Positions 18,872 through 27,936 of a stretch of DNA of 64,000 nt are shown piece by piece. The notes below the pieces were generated by a model that was not told the origin of the DNA, did not search any database, and was given only the letters and a program-made list of their open reading frames with translations. How positions within the stretch are numbered: the first letter of the stretch is position 1; each line of letters opens with the position of its first letter. The DNA comes from an uncultured Smithella sp. (lineage in GTDB: Bacteria; Desulfobacterota; Syntrophia; Syntrophales; Smithellaceae), in contig CAYXZW010000002.1 of assembly GCA_964469905.1 (NCBI GenBank), positions 34,230 to 98,229 on the forward strand, given 5' to 3'. The translations under genes and the position numbers were made by a program.

Positions 18872-20772
18872 AGCACGGCTTCATTTTCCTGCGGTGTATA
18901 TTCGGGAACAATTTCTTTTAATTTTTTCTTAATCGTCTTTGTATCATGCCTGTGAGCATCTTTGGCCAGTTCATCAATCGCTTTATTCAGTTTTTCTCTT
19001 ATTGCGAGCAGCGACTTGGAATCATTGGAATGCTTATTGGAGCGCAATACCATAACCTTTTCGTGTCCTGTCGGCAGAATGTCCTCGCCTACAGTGATAA
19101 GCTCCTCATAAAGCTTTTCACCTTCCCGCAATCCGGTAAAAGCAATTTTAATATCAATTTCCGGTTCTTTACCGGAAAGGCGAATCAGGTCTCGCGCCAT
19201 ATCGGCAATTTTTACCGGTGTTCCCATTCTCAGGATGAAGACTTCTCCGCCTTCACCCATTGCGCCTGCCTGTAAGATCATTTGCGACGCTTCCGGAATG
19301 GTCATAAAATAACGGTTTACTTCAGGATGAGTAACGGTAACAGGGCCGCCCTGCTCAATTTGCCGCCGGAAAAGCGGGATCACCGAACCGGAAGAACCAA
19401 CAACATTGCCGAACCGCACAGCCATAAAACTGGTGCCGTTGCCTTGCAGCGACTGCATGATCAGCTCGGTTACCCTTTTGCTTGCGCCCATTACATTGGT
19501 CGGGCGGACAGCCTTATCTGTGGATACCAGCACAAATCTCTCCACATGATGTTTCAGAGACATTTCCATCGCCATGCGGCTTCCAATTATATTATTGAAA
19601 ACCGCTTCCCAGGGATTTTTTTCCAGCATTGGGACATGCTTGTAGGCAGCGGCATGAAATACCACCTGCGGTTTATATTTCTTCAATATATCGTTCATTA
19701 ACTGCTGATTTTGCACGTGCCCGAGAACTGCTTCGCAGTGGCGAAAGTACTTTTCGTTTTGCAGTTCCATCTGAATTTTAAACAAATTTTCTTCGCTGGC
19801 ATCCAGCAGGATAACCAAATTAGGCTGAAATTTAATCACCTGACGGCAAAGCTCCGAACCAATCGATCCGCCACAGCCCGTAATGAGCACGGTCTTTCCA
19901 TCGAGATAATTGCGGATGCCGATTATATCCAAATGTACCGGCTTGCGCCCCAAGAGATCTTCATAACTGATATCCCTCAGTGTTTTGACACTCACCCGGC
20001 CGTCAATGAGTTCGCCAATACCCGGAACAATTTTATAGGAAACTGCGCACTTTTGACAGGCCTCCACTATATGGCGGATTTGGTCACCGCTCGCCGACGG
20101 GATGGCAATAAGTATTTCCTGGATTTCCTCTTTCTCCAGAACGCAGGCCAAATTATCAACATTACCAATTACCTCAACTCCGTGAATTGATCGTCCCATT
20201 TTCCCCGGATCGTCATCAACAAAACCAATGACCTTATAGGGCAAATGATAGTTTTCCATGATCTCGCGCAATATTTTTTCACCGGCAGCCCCCGCGCCGA
20301 TAATCAGCACTTTCTTGTAATGAACATTCTTTGGTGAACCGGAATCTTTTCCGGAACTGCCGTTACCGGAAAAGTATAACCTTATAGACATCCGCAAACC
20401 GCCGATAAGTAAAAAAGTTAATACGCCATCAATAATAAAAACAGCCCGGGAATATCCTTCGAAGCGATTTAAGTAGATCATGATAAAAATTGTGAGCAAA
20501 GAAGATGTCACCGTAGCCTGCGCTATAAGCCAGAAATCGCGCACGCTGGTATAGCGCCACATACCCCGGTATAAACCGAAAGATAAAAAGACTATTAGCT
20601 TTAGTGGAATAAGCCAAAGGAGCACTGCCTGAATATGCTGAAGAGAAACCGGCGTAAGTATAAATTCAAAACGGAACAAATAAGCGGAAACATGAGCCAG
20701 CGCAAAGATTGCGGCATCGCTAAAAAGCACCAGATAAAATTTCGGATTTTTCAGTTGAGGATGCATATTCAA
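18868..20772 (-). CDS. Membrane-anchored UDP-N-acetylhexosamine 4,6-dehydratase, PglF/WbpM/CapD family
   Basis: 634 aa; four N-terminal TMs, first Rossmann IIGAGAAGEKI, catalytic SDR domain ITGCGGSIGSEL, STDKAVRPTNVMGASKR. Confidence 0.85.
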   Translation of the reverse strand: MNMHPQLKNPKFYLVLFSDAAIFALAHVSAYLFRFEFILTPVSLQHIQAVLLWLIPLKLIVFLSFGLYRGMWRYTSVRDFWLIAQATVTSSLLTIFIMIYLNRFEGYSRAVFIIDGVLTFLLIGGLRMSIRLYFSGNGSSGKDSGSPKNVHYKKVLIIGAGAAGEKILREIMENYHLPYKVIGFVDDDPGKMGRSIHGVEVIGNVDNLACVLEKEEIQEILIAIPSASGDQIRHIVEACQKCAVSYKIVPGIGELIDGRVSVKTLRDISYEDLLGRKPVHLDIIGIRNYLDGKTVLITGCGGSIGSELCRQVIKFQPNLVILLDASEENLFKIQMELQNEKYFRHCEAVLGHVQNQQLMNDILKKYKPQVVFHAAAYKHVPMLEKNPWEAVFNNIIGSRMAMEMSLKHHVERFVLVSTDKAVRPTNVMGASKRVTELIMQSLQGNGTSFMAVRFGNVVGSSGSVIPLFRRQIEQGGPVTVTHPEVNRYFMTIPEASQMILQAGAMGEGGEVFILRMGTPVKIADMARDLIRLSGKEPEIDIKIAFTGLREGEKLYEELITVGEDILPTGHEKVMVLRSNKHSNDSKSLLAIREKLNKAIDELAKDAHRHDTKTIKKKLKEIVPEYTPQENEAVL

Positions 20773-20773
20773 A

Positions 20774-21334
20774 TTAATGATTCACCCCTTCTTTTTTTAT
20801 TACTTTAAAGAGAGTCTTCCATAAAATTTTAATATCAAACAAAAAAGAGCGATGTCGCATATAGTATTCATCATATTGAACTTTGACTGGAATCGGCAGA
20901 TTATCCCTGCCGTTGATTTGCGCCCAGCCGGTAACACCTGGAGTCAATTGTGGAATTCCTTTTTCAGTTCTCAGTTTTATCAGATCCTCTTGATTAAAAA
21001 GCGCGGGGCGTGGCCCCACAAAACTCATATCGCCCTTTAATATGCTCCATAATTGCGGCAGTTCGTCAAGGCTTAATTTTCTCAGAAAAGGACCTATCGA
21101 CGTTAGATATGCATCAGGATTTTGCATTAAGTGGGTGGCAACCGCAGGCGTATCTATGCGCATTGTTCGATATTTGGGCATTTTGAATATAGAATTGTTC
21201 ATACCCACGCGATCGGACCAATATAATACCGAACCCCGGGAAGAAATTTTAATAATGAATGCAATAATAATCATAGGTACAGATAAAAAACCTATCAGAA
21301 AAATACTCATCAAAATATCAAATATGCGTTTCAT
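20774..21334 (-). CDS. Small monotopic phosphoglycosyl transferase (PglC/WreU/WbaP-C type; bacterial sugar transferase)
   Basis: 186 aa; N-terminal re-entrant helix, DELPQLWSILKGDMSFVGPRP signature, TPGVTGWAQINGR. Confidence 0.85.
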   Translation of the reverse strand: MKRIFDILMSIFLIGFLSVPMIIIAFIIKISSRGSVLYWSDRVGMNNSIFKMPKYRTMRIDTPAVATHLMQNPDAYLTSIGPFLRKLSLDELPQLWSILKGDMSFVGPRPALFNQEDLIKLRTEKGIPQLTPGVTGWAQINGRDNLPIPVKVQYDEYYMRHRSFLFDIKILWKTLFKVIKKEGVNH

Positions 21335-21345
21335 GATACCTGCAA

Positions 21346-22338
21346 CTATCCCAGATTCTGCATCTCTTTAAACGTTTCTTCCCAGCCGTCCTTTAAATTA
21401 TACTTTGGGACAAAACCCAATTCTTGTCGAATGAGGCTGCCGTCAACAGCAACATCTTCGGTGTACTTGTCAATCGACTCTCTAGTGACCGGGGATTTTA
21501 TACCAATGGTACCGGCCCCTTTTTCCATTAATCCAGCCACTATCCTCACCGGAACGACTGGCAATGACAACAGAGGTGGTTTGCGACCAAGAGAAGAGCA
21601 AATAGATTCAATAATTTCAGTTAATGTATGAAATTGCCCATCAGTAACATTGAATAACCTGCCTGCCGCAGAGGGATGAGAAATAGCCAGCACAGCCGCT
21701 TGAGCGACATCTTTATCGTAAACCAGCGTCCTTCGATTCAAACCACTTCCGATGGGGATAAAGCGATGACGCGCCAGGGCACGGCTCAGCCGTTCATAGT
21801 TGCCCTTGATGCGGGAACCATAAACAGCACCGAGGCGCAGCACAGTTCCAATCTGCTCGCCATCGGCACCTCTGGCCTCCAATACAATTTTTTCCGCCGC
21901 AAGTTTTGTCTGAGCATAAAACGTATCAGGGCATGGCGGTGTATCTTCTGTCAATATCCGGCCATTGGACAGCCCATAAACCGCAATCGTACTGAATAAG
22001 ACAACTCGTCCTACCCCTGCTTTAATTGCCTCCGCAACTACGGTCGAAGTCCCCCCCACGTTGATCCGTTCATATTTTTCCTGCAGAGCAGGTGGCGGGT
22101 TGACAATATGCAGCAGAGCTGCTAGATGAACAACTGCATCCACACCTCGTATGGCAGATTTAACCGCCACTTGATCAGTGACATCGCCAATCAAAACTTC
22201 TACGCTTTGCGGGAACATGCCAGTTGCAGGAGTATCGACCGAGAAGGCACGAACCTGGATGCCGGCCTGATCCAGAGCATGGACGACCCGCGGGCCAACC
22301 ACACCAGTTGCACCAGTGACAAGAACAGTTCGCGTCAT
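21346..22338 (-). CDS. NAD-dependent epimerase/dehydratase-family SDR (WbpV/WreQ-like candidate 4-ketoreductase)
   Basis: 330 aa; VTGATGVVG glycine motif, YAQTKLAAE catalytic YxxxK; sits between the GT4 and the PGT/dehydratase pair. Confidence 0.7.
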   Translation of the reverse strand: MTRTVLVTGATGVVGPRVVHALDQAGIQVRAFSVDTPATGMFPQSVEVLIGDVTDQVAVKSAIRGVDAVVHLAALLHIVNPPPALQEKYERINVGGTSTVVAEAIKAGVGRVVLFSTIAVYGLSNGRILTEDTPPCPDTFYAQTKLAAEKIVLEARGADGEQIGTVLRLGAVYGSRIKGNYERLSRALARHRFIPIGSGLNRRTLVYDKDVAQAAVLAISHPSAAGRLFNVTDGQFHTLTEIIESICSSLGRKPPLLSLPVVPVRIVAGLMEKGAGTIGIKSPVTRESIDKYTEDVAVDGSLIRQELGFVPKYNLKDGWEETFKEMQNLG

Positions 22339-22342
22339 CTCA

Positions 22343-23584
22343 TCACCCTGTAAGTTGATGAATCAGTGCATCATATTTGCGAGCGATCGCCTCTTTGGAA
22401 TAATCTTTTTCAACAAATTTACGCCCACGCTCGCCTTCAGCAGGCAGTAATTCACGTTCACGAAAAGCTAAATGAACCGCATCAGCAAATGCCTGCGGAT
22501 CTTCTGGAGGAACAACGCGACCGCATCCGACACGCCTTACAATCGCTGACATTTCAGCATTTTTATCTGCCGATACAATTACTGGCCTGGCGCTCGCAAG
22601 GTTTGTGTATATCTTTGATGGAAAGCCATCCTGAGCGCCAGCCCGTGTCATGGGAATTATCGCTATGTCACAACTGGCATTGATCTGCGGCATGAGGTCT
22701 TTTGATTGATAGCCAAGCAACTTGACATTTGGCAATCCGCGTTTAGCAACCTCATCAGTCAACCAAGACCAACGAGCCCCATCTCCCACAATTACAAATC
22801 GGATAGGCAATGAAGACAAGTTTTCCGCCGCAAAGAGCACGGAGTCCCAGTCTTGGACTATACCAACATTGCCGCCATACAAAACAATAAAATCTTCCAG
22901 CAATCCATATTGCTGCGCAAACGGATTATCTCTGGGCAACGGACGATACAAGTCCGTATCTACAAAGTCAGGAATTGTTAATAGTTTCTGATCTGTAACA
23001 CCGCGCCCACGAATAACATCACGGAACTGATCTGCAATTGGGACGATCACGGCGCTGCGTGAATAAACAAGCTGCTCCAGCCAGCGCATTATGCCAATCA
23101 TGATTTTACCCCGGATCACCCCCTGACGTATTGCAAGGTCAGGATAAACCTCAGCAACTTTATAAATTGAAGGGGCGTGCCAACGCACGCCCAGCAACCA
23201 AGAAATAACTCCTATTGTCAAGGGAGGGGATGTTGAGATAACGATATCTTGCTGCCCGATCGTATAAAGACTTGCTATCAAAGAAAGAATATGAAACCGC
23301 ACATAGTCCACAGCCCTCGCCCATACACGATTTCCCTTCATCGGAAGCTTGACATGCCAGACAGGAATCCCACCGCACTCACTGTAATATAGCAGGCCAG
23401 CCCAATATTTCTTAATGGGCTGGCCTGCCAATGCCTCTTCGTTAATATTATAGTGTGGTGTTGTCGTTAAAACAGTAACTGAATGTCCCAAACGCTTGAG
23501 CTCAAGGGCCAAATCTGTCATAATGTAAGCAGTCGAAACGCCATCGGGAGAGAACACTAACGAATGGATCAAAACCCGGCTCAA
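22343..23584 (-). CDS. GT4 glycosyltransferase, WbuB-like
   Basis: 413 aa; N-terminus SLVFSPDGVSTAYIMTDLALELKRLGHSVTVLT, C-terminal GT-B donor domain (GFPSKIYTNLASARPVIV). Confidence 0.75.
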   Translation of the reverse strand: MSRVLIHSLVFSPDGVSTAYIMTDLALELKRLGHSVTVLTTTPHYNINEEALAGQPIKKYWAGLLYYSECGGIPVWHVKLPMKGNRVWARAVDYVRFHILSLIASLYTIGQQDIVISTSPPLTIGVISWLLGVRWHAPSIYKVAEVYPDLAIRQGVIRGKIMIGIMRWLEQLVYSRSAVIVPIADQFRDVIRGRGVTDQKLLTIPDFVDTDLYRPLPRDNPFAQQYGLLEDFIVLYGGNVGIVQDWDSVLFAAENLSSLPIRFVIVGDGARWSWLTDEVAKRGLPNVKLLGYQSKDLMPQINASCDIAIIPMTRAGAQDGFPSKIYTNLASARPVIVSADKNAEMSAIVRRVGCGRVVPPEDPQAFADAVHLAFRERELLPAEGERGRKFVEKDYSKEAIARKYDALIHQLTG

Positions 23585-23612
23585 TTAGATACTCCTTTCA
23601 AAGAGGTGCCTT

Positions 23613-24656
23613 TCAACATTTTACCACTATTCCGCTTGTTGCCGCCGACATACCTGGAGGAAACTCAGCATCACGCTGGATTTCATCCCAATGTGCACGA
23701 AACCAATCAATCGTATTAACAAGTCCCTGGTCAAATTCCATTTGTGGTTCATAGCCTATGAGTTCTTTTGCCCGATCTACACAAGCCAACAAACGTTTCT
23801 TCGTATCCCATACGCGATGTTCTGCACGTACGATACCAGCCTTATTCCCAGTTAATTCGTTAATCCGCTCCGCCATCGCCAGTATCTTGACTTCACTTCC
23901 TGATGCAATGTTCATTTCTTGTCCAATCGCACGGTTATCATATCCCGCACGAAGTAGCGCATCCACAATGTCCATTACATAAGTAAAATCACGTGTTTCT
24001 TCACCGCTGCCTGTAAATGGAAGAGGTAAACCCAATAACGCCCAGAAAATAAAGTTTGGGATTACATTTCGATACTGCCCCGGTACCTCGCCTGGCCCGT
24101 AGGAATTAAAAAAGCGTGTCTTGACTATCGGCAATCCATAGTGATGATGGTAAAAGTTGCCATACAACTCGCCCAGCATCTTCGTAATTTGATACGGTGT
24201 TGTCAGATGCATCGACATGAATTCTTCTTTAAGTGGCAAAGGAGCCTGCGAACCGTAAATGGAACATCCGGACGAGGCATAGACAATACGCCCAGTACCG
24301 CACATCTGTGCATATTGATAAATCAGCAAAGTGCCCAAGCCATTTGTCATCAAATCACGCTGAGGATAATCTACAGAGTTCTGGTTCGCGAAGAAAGCGG
24401 CCAGATGGAAAACAATATCCGGTTTAAGCGCAAAAACGCGTTTGAGTGCAACTTCATCTGTAATTGATCCCTTCACAGAAAGCACATTGTTCAATGACGG
24501 AATGTTCCACTCGTAAGCAGCAGAGAAATCATCCAGAACAATTACTGTCCGAGCTTTTAGTTCTGCAATGGTACGTGTTAAATTAGTACCTATGGCCCCG
24601 GCACCACCTGTAATTAGAACGGTTTTACCTTCATAAATTGATTTATAATCTTCCAT
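23613..24656 (-). CDS. NAD-dependent nucleotide-sugar epimerase/dehydratase (extended SDR)
   Basis: 347 aa; ITGGAGAIGTNL, SSGCSIYG, YQITKMLGE. Confidence 0.75.
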   Translation of the reverse strand: MEDYKSIYEGKTVLITGGAGAIGTNLTRTIAELKARTVIVLDDFSAAYEWNIPSLNNVLSVKGSITDEVALKRVFALKPDIVFHLAAFFANQNSVDYPQRDLMTNGLGTLLIYQYAQMCGTGRIVYASSGCSIYGSQAPLPLKEEFMSMHLTTPYQITKMLGELYGNFYHHHYGLPIVKTRFFNSYGPGEVPGQYRNVIPNFIFWALLGLPLPFTGSGEETRDFTYVMDIVDALLRAGYDNRAIGQEMNIASGSEVKILAMAERINELTGNKAGIVRAEHRVWDTKKRLLACVDRAKELIGYEPQMEFDQGLVNTIDWFRAHWDEIQRDAEFPPGMSAATSGIVVKC

Positions 24657-24673
24657 TTACATCTCCTTGTCTT

Positions 24674-25594
24674 TCATATTTCATAAACCTTACGAGCCCA
24701 AGCCACATAGCGCCGAACGCCTTCACTAATGTCAATTTTGGGGTCGTGTTTTAAATCGTGGCGCGCCTTGCTAAAATCAACGATCTTTACCTTCGTCGTG
24801 AACCCTTCCTCACCTTTATAAACAGCCAAACTCGGACTTGCACCAGTTTCTTGCAGAACAATATCAGCAAGCTCTTCAATGCCGATATTCCATTCTTCCT
24901 TTCCACCGATATTGTACACTTCACCTGGAATAAAGTTATCCACAATATTGGCGAATGTCCGGCAAGTATCTTCGACATAATCAAAAATGCGCTTGTGACC
25001 ACGATAGACCGTGAACTCTTTGCCATGGAGTGAGTGATAAACAAAGATCGGAATCACACCGCGATATCGGCTATAGTATTCGTGTGGCCCATAACAACCA
25101 ACCGGTCTTACCCGAACAACATCAACGCCAAACATGGCGGCGTGATTCAAACACTGTAACTCACCTGCCCATTTTGTAATGGCATAGTCATTCATTTGTT
25201 TAAGCGGTATTCGTTCCATTACATCTTCCGACATTAAACCATCATAATCTCCATAAACCTCCGCGCTGGAGAAAAAAATCATTTTAAATCGGTGTTGCTC
25301 CTGTAGCCTGAGCATATTCTTGGTACCTATGGTATTAGTACGCCAGAGGTTTTCATAATGATCTTCACCATTCCAGCGCCCATACTCAGCCGCCAAATGA
25401 TAAACAAACTCAAACTTGTGCTGCCTAAAAATCGCATCCATTTGCTGATACACACCAGTATCAGCTTTGAGATGCTGTGGATCTTCACCCTGTATAATGT
25501 CGCACGTCCAGACATCATGTCCGCGCGAGCGAAGTTCATTTGTAAGATTGGTGCCGATAAATCCTCGGCCACCTGTCATTAGAATAGTTGCCAT
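24674..25594 (-). CDS. NAD-dependent nucleotide-sugar epimerase/dehydratase (extended SDR)
   Basis: 306 aa; MTGGRGFIGTNL, SSAEVYG, YAITKWAGE. Confidence 0.75.
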   Translation of the reverse strand: MATILMTGGRGFIGTNLTNELRSRGHDVWTCDIIQGEDPQHLKADTGVYQQMDAIFRQHKFEFVYHLAAEYGRWNGEDHYENLWRTNTIGTKNMLRLQEQHRFKMIFFSSAEVYGDYDGLMSEDVMERIPLKQMNDYAITKWAGELQCLNHAAMFGVDVVRVRPVGCYGPHEYYSRYRGVIPIFVYHSLHGKEFTVYRGHKRIFDYVEDTCRTFANIVDNFIPGEVYNIGGKEEWNIGIEELADIVLQETGASPSLAVYKGEEGFTTKVKIVDFSKARHDLKHDPKIDISEGVRRYVAWARKVYEI

Positions 25595-25663
25595 TTTTTA
25601 TTCCTCCAAATTATTCGTATACTTATGAAGACAATTAGTAGATTTTAATAGCTTTGTTCTAAA

Positions 25664-26809
25664 TCATCTTTGATTTTGCACTTCTGTCAATAATATCTCT
25701 ATAATTCTCTGAGCGGCCTGCCCATCACCATAAGGATTATTCACGGCCGCCATTATTGCGCATCTTTCGGGATCGCATAACAACTGCCTGATCCCTTCCA
25801 CAATACGTTCCCGCTGCACACCAACCAAAAGCGCGTTGCCAGCGGCAATACCTTCCGGACGTTCTGTTGTTTCGCGCATTACCAAAACTGGTTTGCCTAG
25901 TGATGGGGCTTCTTCCTGCACACCACCCGAGTCTGTCAGAACAATTGTAGCATGATCCATTAACCAGACAAAAGGTGCGTAGGACAATGGTTCAATCAGC
26001 TGAATGCGTGGATGCCCCCCCAAAATGCGATTAACTGGTTCGCGAACGTTCGGATTGAGATGCATAGGGTAAACAATTACGACATCCGTAAAACTATCCG
26101 CAATCTCGTGTATAGCATAGCAGATATTGTCAAACCCATCCCCAAAACTCTCTCTCCGGTGGCCCGTAACAAGGATAACCTTCTGTCCCGTAACTGCTTC
26201 ACATAATCCCTTGGGTAATTCAGGAGGAACGGTTTGCACACGTTCCTGCACCCACAACAGTGCATCAATTACAGTGTTACCTGTCACGAAAACGCTTTGG
26301 TCCGCAATGCCCTCCTTAAGTAATGTCTGCCTGGCCTGCTCGGTCGGTGCAAAGTGTAAATCGGCAATACGACCTACCATACATCTATTAATCTCTTCGG
26401 GGAAGGGGGCATACTTGTTGCCCGTGCGCAATCCTGCCTCTATATGACCGACTTTAATCTGATGATAATATCCAATCAATGCACCGCAAAATGCAGTGGT
26501 TGTATCACCCTGCACCAAAATTATATCGGGCTTTTCCTGAGAAACAACACTATCAAGTCCTTCCATCGCGCGCGCCGTCACTTGCGCCAGCGTTTGCCCG
26601 GGCGACATAATATTCAAGTCATAATCCGGCGAAATGCCAAAAAGAGAAAGCACCTGGTCAAGCATCTGACGGTGTTGGGCAGTAACACATACTGGAAAAT
26701 CAAACAGACTTTGTCGACGTTTCAGTTCCAGCACGATAGGTGCAAGCTTAATAGCTTCCGGACGAGTGCCGATGATGGTTAATACTTTAGTTTTTATTAT
26801 TTTCTTCAT
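25664..26809 (-). CDS. wecB: UDP-N-acetylglucosamine 2-epimerase (non-hydrolysing, WecB/MnaA type)
   Basis: 381 aa; IIGTRPEAIKLAP, ILVQGDTTTAF, HIEAGLRTGN, LTDSGGVQEEAPSLGKPVLV. Confidence 0.85.
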   Translation of the reverse strand: MKKIIKTKVLTIIGTRPEAIKLAPIVLELKRRQSLFDFPVCVTAQHRQMLDQVLSLFGISPDYDLNIMSPGQTLAQVTARAMEGLDSVVSQEKPDIILVQGDTTTAFCGALIGYYHQIKVGHIEAGLRTGNKYAPFPEEINRCMVGRIADLHFAPTEQARQTLLKEGIADQSVFVTGNTVIDALLWVQERVQTVPPELPKGLCEAVTGQKVILVTGHRRESFGDGFDNICYAIHEIADSFTDVVIVYPMHLNPNVREPVNRILGGHPRIQLIEPLSYAPFVWLMDHATIVLTDSGGVQEEAPSLGKPVLVMRETTERPEGIAAGNALLVGVQRERIVEGIRQLLCDPERCAIMAAVNNPYGDGQAAQRIIEILLTEVQNQR

Positions 26810-26852
26810 TGATCAATCTGTCTCATGCGAAATATATAAATTTAATGAAATT

Positions 26853-27836
26853 CTATGTTCGTTTTATTTCCCCTCTGTCACATAGCCATTGAATGGTCCG
26901 CTCGACGCCTTCTTGAAGCGTGTATGGCAAAGGGAAAGAAAGTTCCATAACCGGCTGCATATTAAAAACATATTCGGTCAAAATGTTGTTCAACCTAAAT
27001 GTTGTGAGCGGAACATCGTGCCAACCTATTGTTTTGCAACCATCGCCAACTTTTGCAGCCAATTTTGCTATCCAAAGAGGAACGTTAAAGATATCTCTGG
27101 CCCCCACTGTTTTCTGAATCATATGAGCCATGTCGTAAAGGTCTGCAGGCTGGTCATCCGCCACATATATGGTTCTTCTGTCCACTTTCCCCTGCGGCGC
27201 TAACAGTAGTTTATGTATTTGATGGACTGTGTTCCCCACATAACCTAGGGAGCGCTTGTAATGACCGGAACCTATATGGAAATACCAACCCTGTGCGATT
27301 GCCTTGAAAAAATTCTTGTATGGTTCCTCTCCCCATGGCCCCCATATTGATATAGGCCGAATGATAGTCCATGTGTAGGGCAAATTATTATGAGTCCTAA
27401 CAATTTTTTCTCCTTCAACCTTACTCTGACCATATAGGGTGGTTGGCTGATAATCCGTATCATGTTTCGGCACATATCCCATCTTGCATACAAGCAATGA
27501 AGATGTAAATATCACACGGTCTACAGAAAAGGAATTTTCAAGAGCAAACAACAAGTTTTCCACACCTTTTATGTTCGTCGCAAAAGCTTCCAATCGAGAT
27601 TCATTCAGTCCTGTCTTCGCAGCTAGATGAACGACATGGGTGGGGGAAAAATCTGCAATTATTTTTTTTAGCTTTGGGGCATCAAGCAAATCACAATCCC
27701 GCCAAAGATCTTTATGTGCAGTATTGCGCGGCACTCTAATGTCCAGATTAAGAACTTCTGCTTCACCTAACCTTAACAGAAGTTCAATGTAGTTTGTTCC
27801 TATAAATCCGGAACCACCGGTAACAAGTATTCTCAT
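26853..27836 (-). CDS. NAD-dependent nucleotide-sugar epimerase/dehydratase (extended SDR)
   Basis: 327 aa; VTGGSGFIGTNY, YGQSKVEGE. Confidence 0.7.
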   Translation of the reverse strand: MRILVTGGSGFIGTNYIELLLRLGEAEVLNLDIRVPRNTAHKDLWRDCDLLDAPKLKKIIADFSPTHVVHLAAKTGLNESRLEAFATNIKGVENLLFALENSFSVDRVIFTSSLLVCKMGYVPKHDTDYQPTTLYGQSKVEGEKIVRTHNNLPYTWTIIRPISIWGPWGEEPYKNFFKAIAQGWYFHIGSGHYKRSLGYVGNTVHQIHKLLLAPQGKVDRRTIYVADDQPADLYDMAHMIQKTVGARDIFNVPLWIAKLAAKVGDGCKTIGWHDVPLTTFRLNNILTEYVFNMQPVMELSFPLPYTLQEGVERTIQWLCDRGEIKRT

Positions 27837-27936
27837 CTATTGTTTTCCTCTTGAAAGTTTTTTACGGTTCTCGAATATCGTATGTTAGTTAAGCGTCATC
27901 AATTCGGATAAAAGCTCCAGATGATTTCCGGATCAT

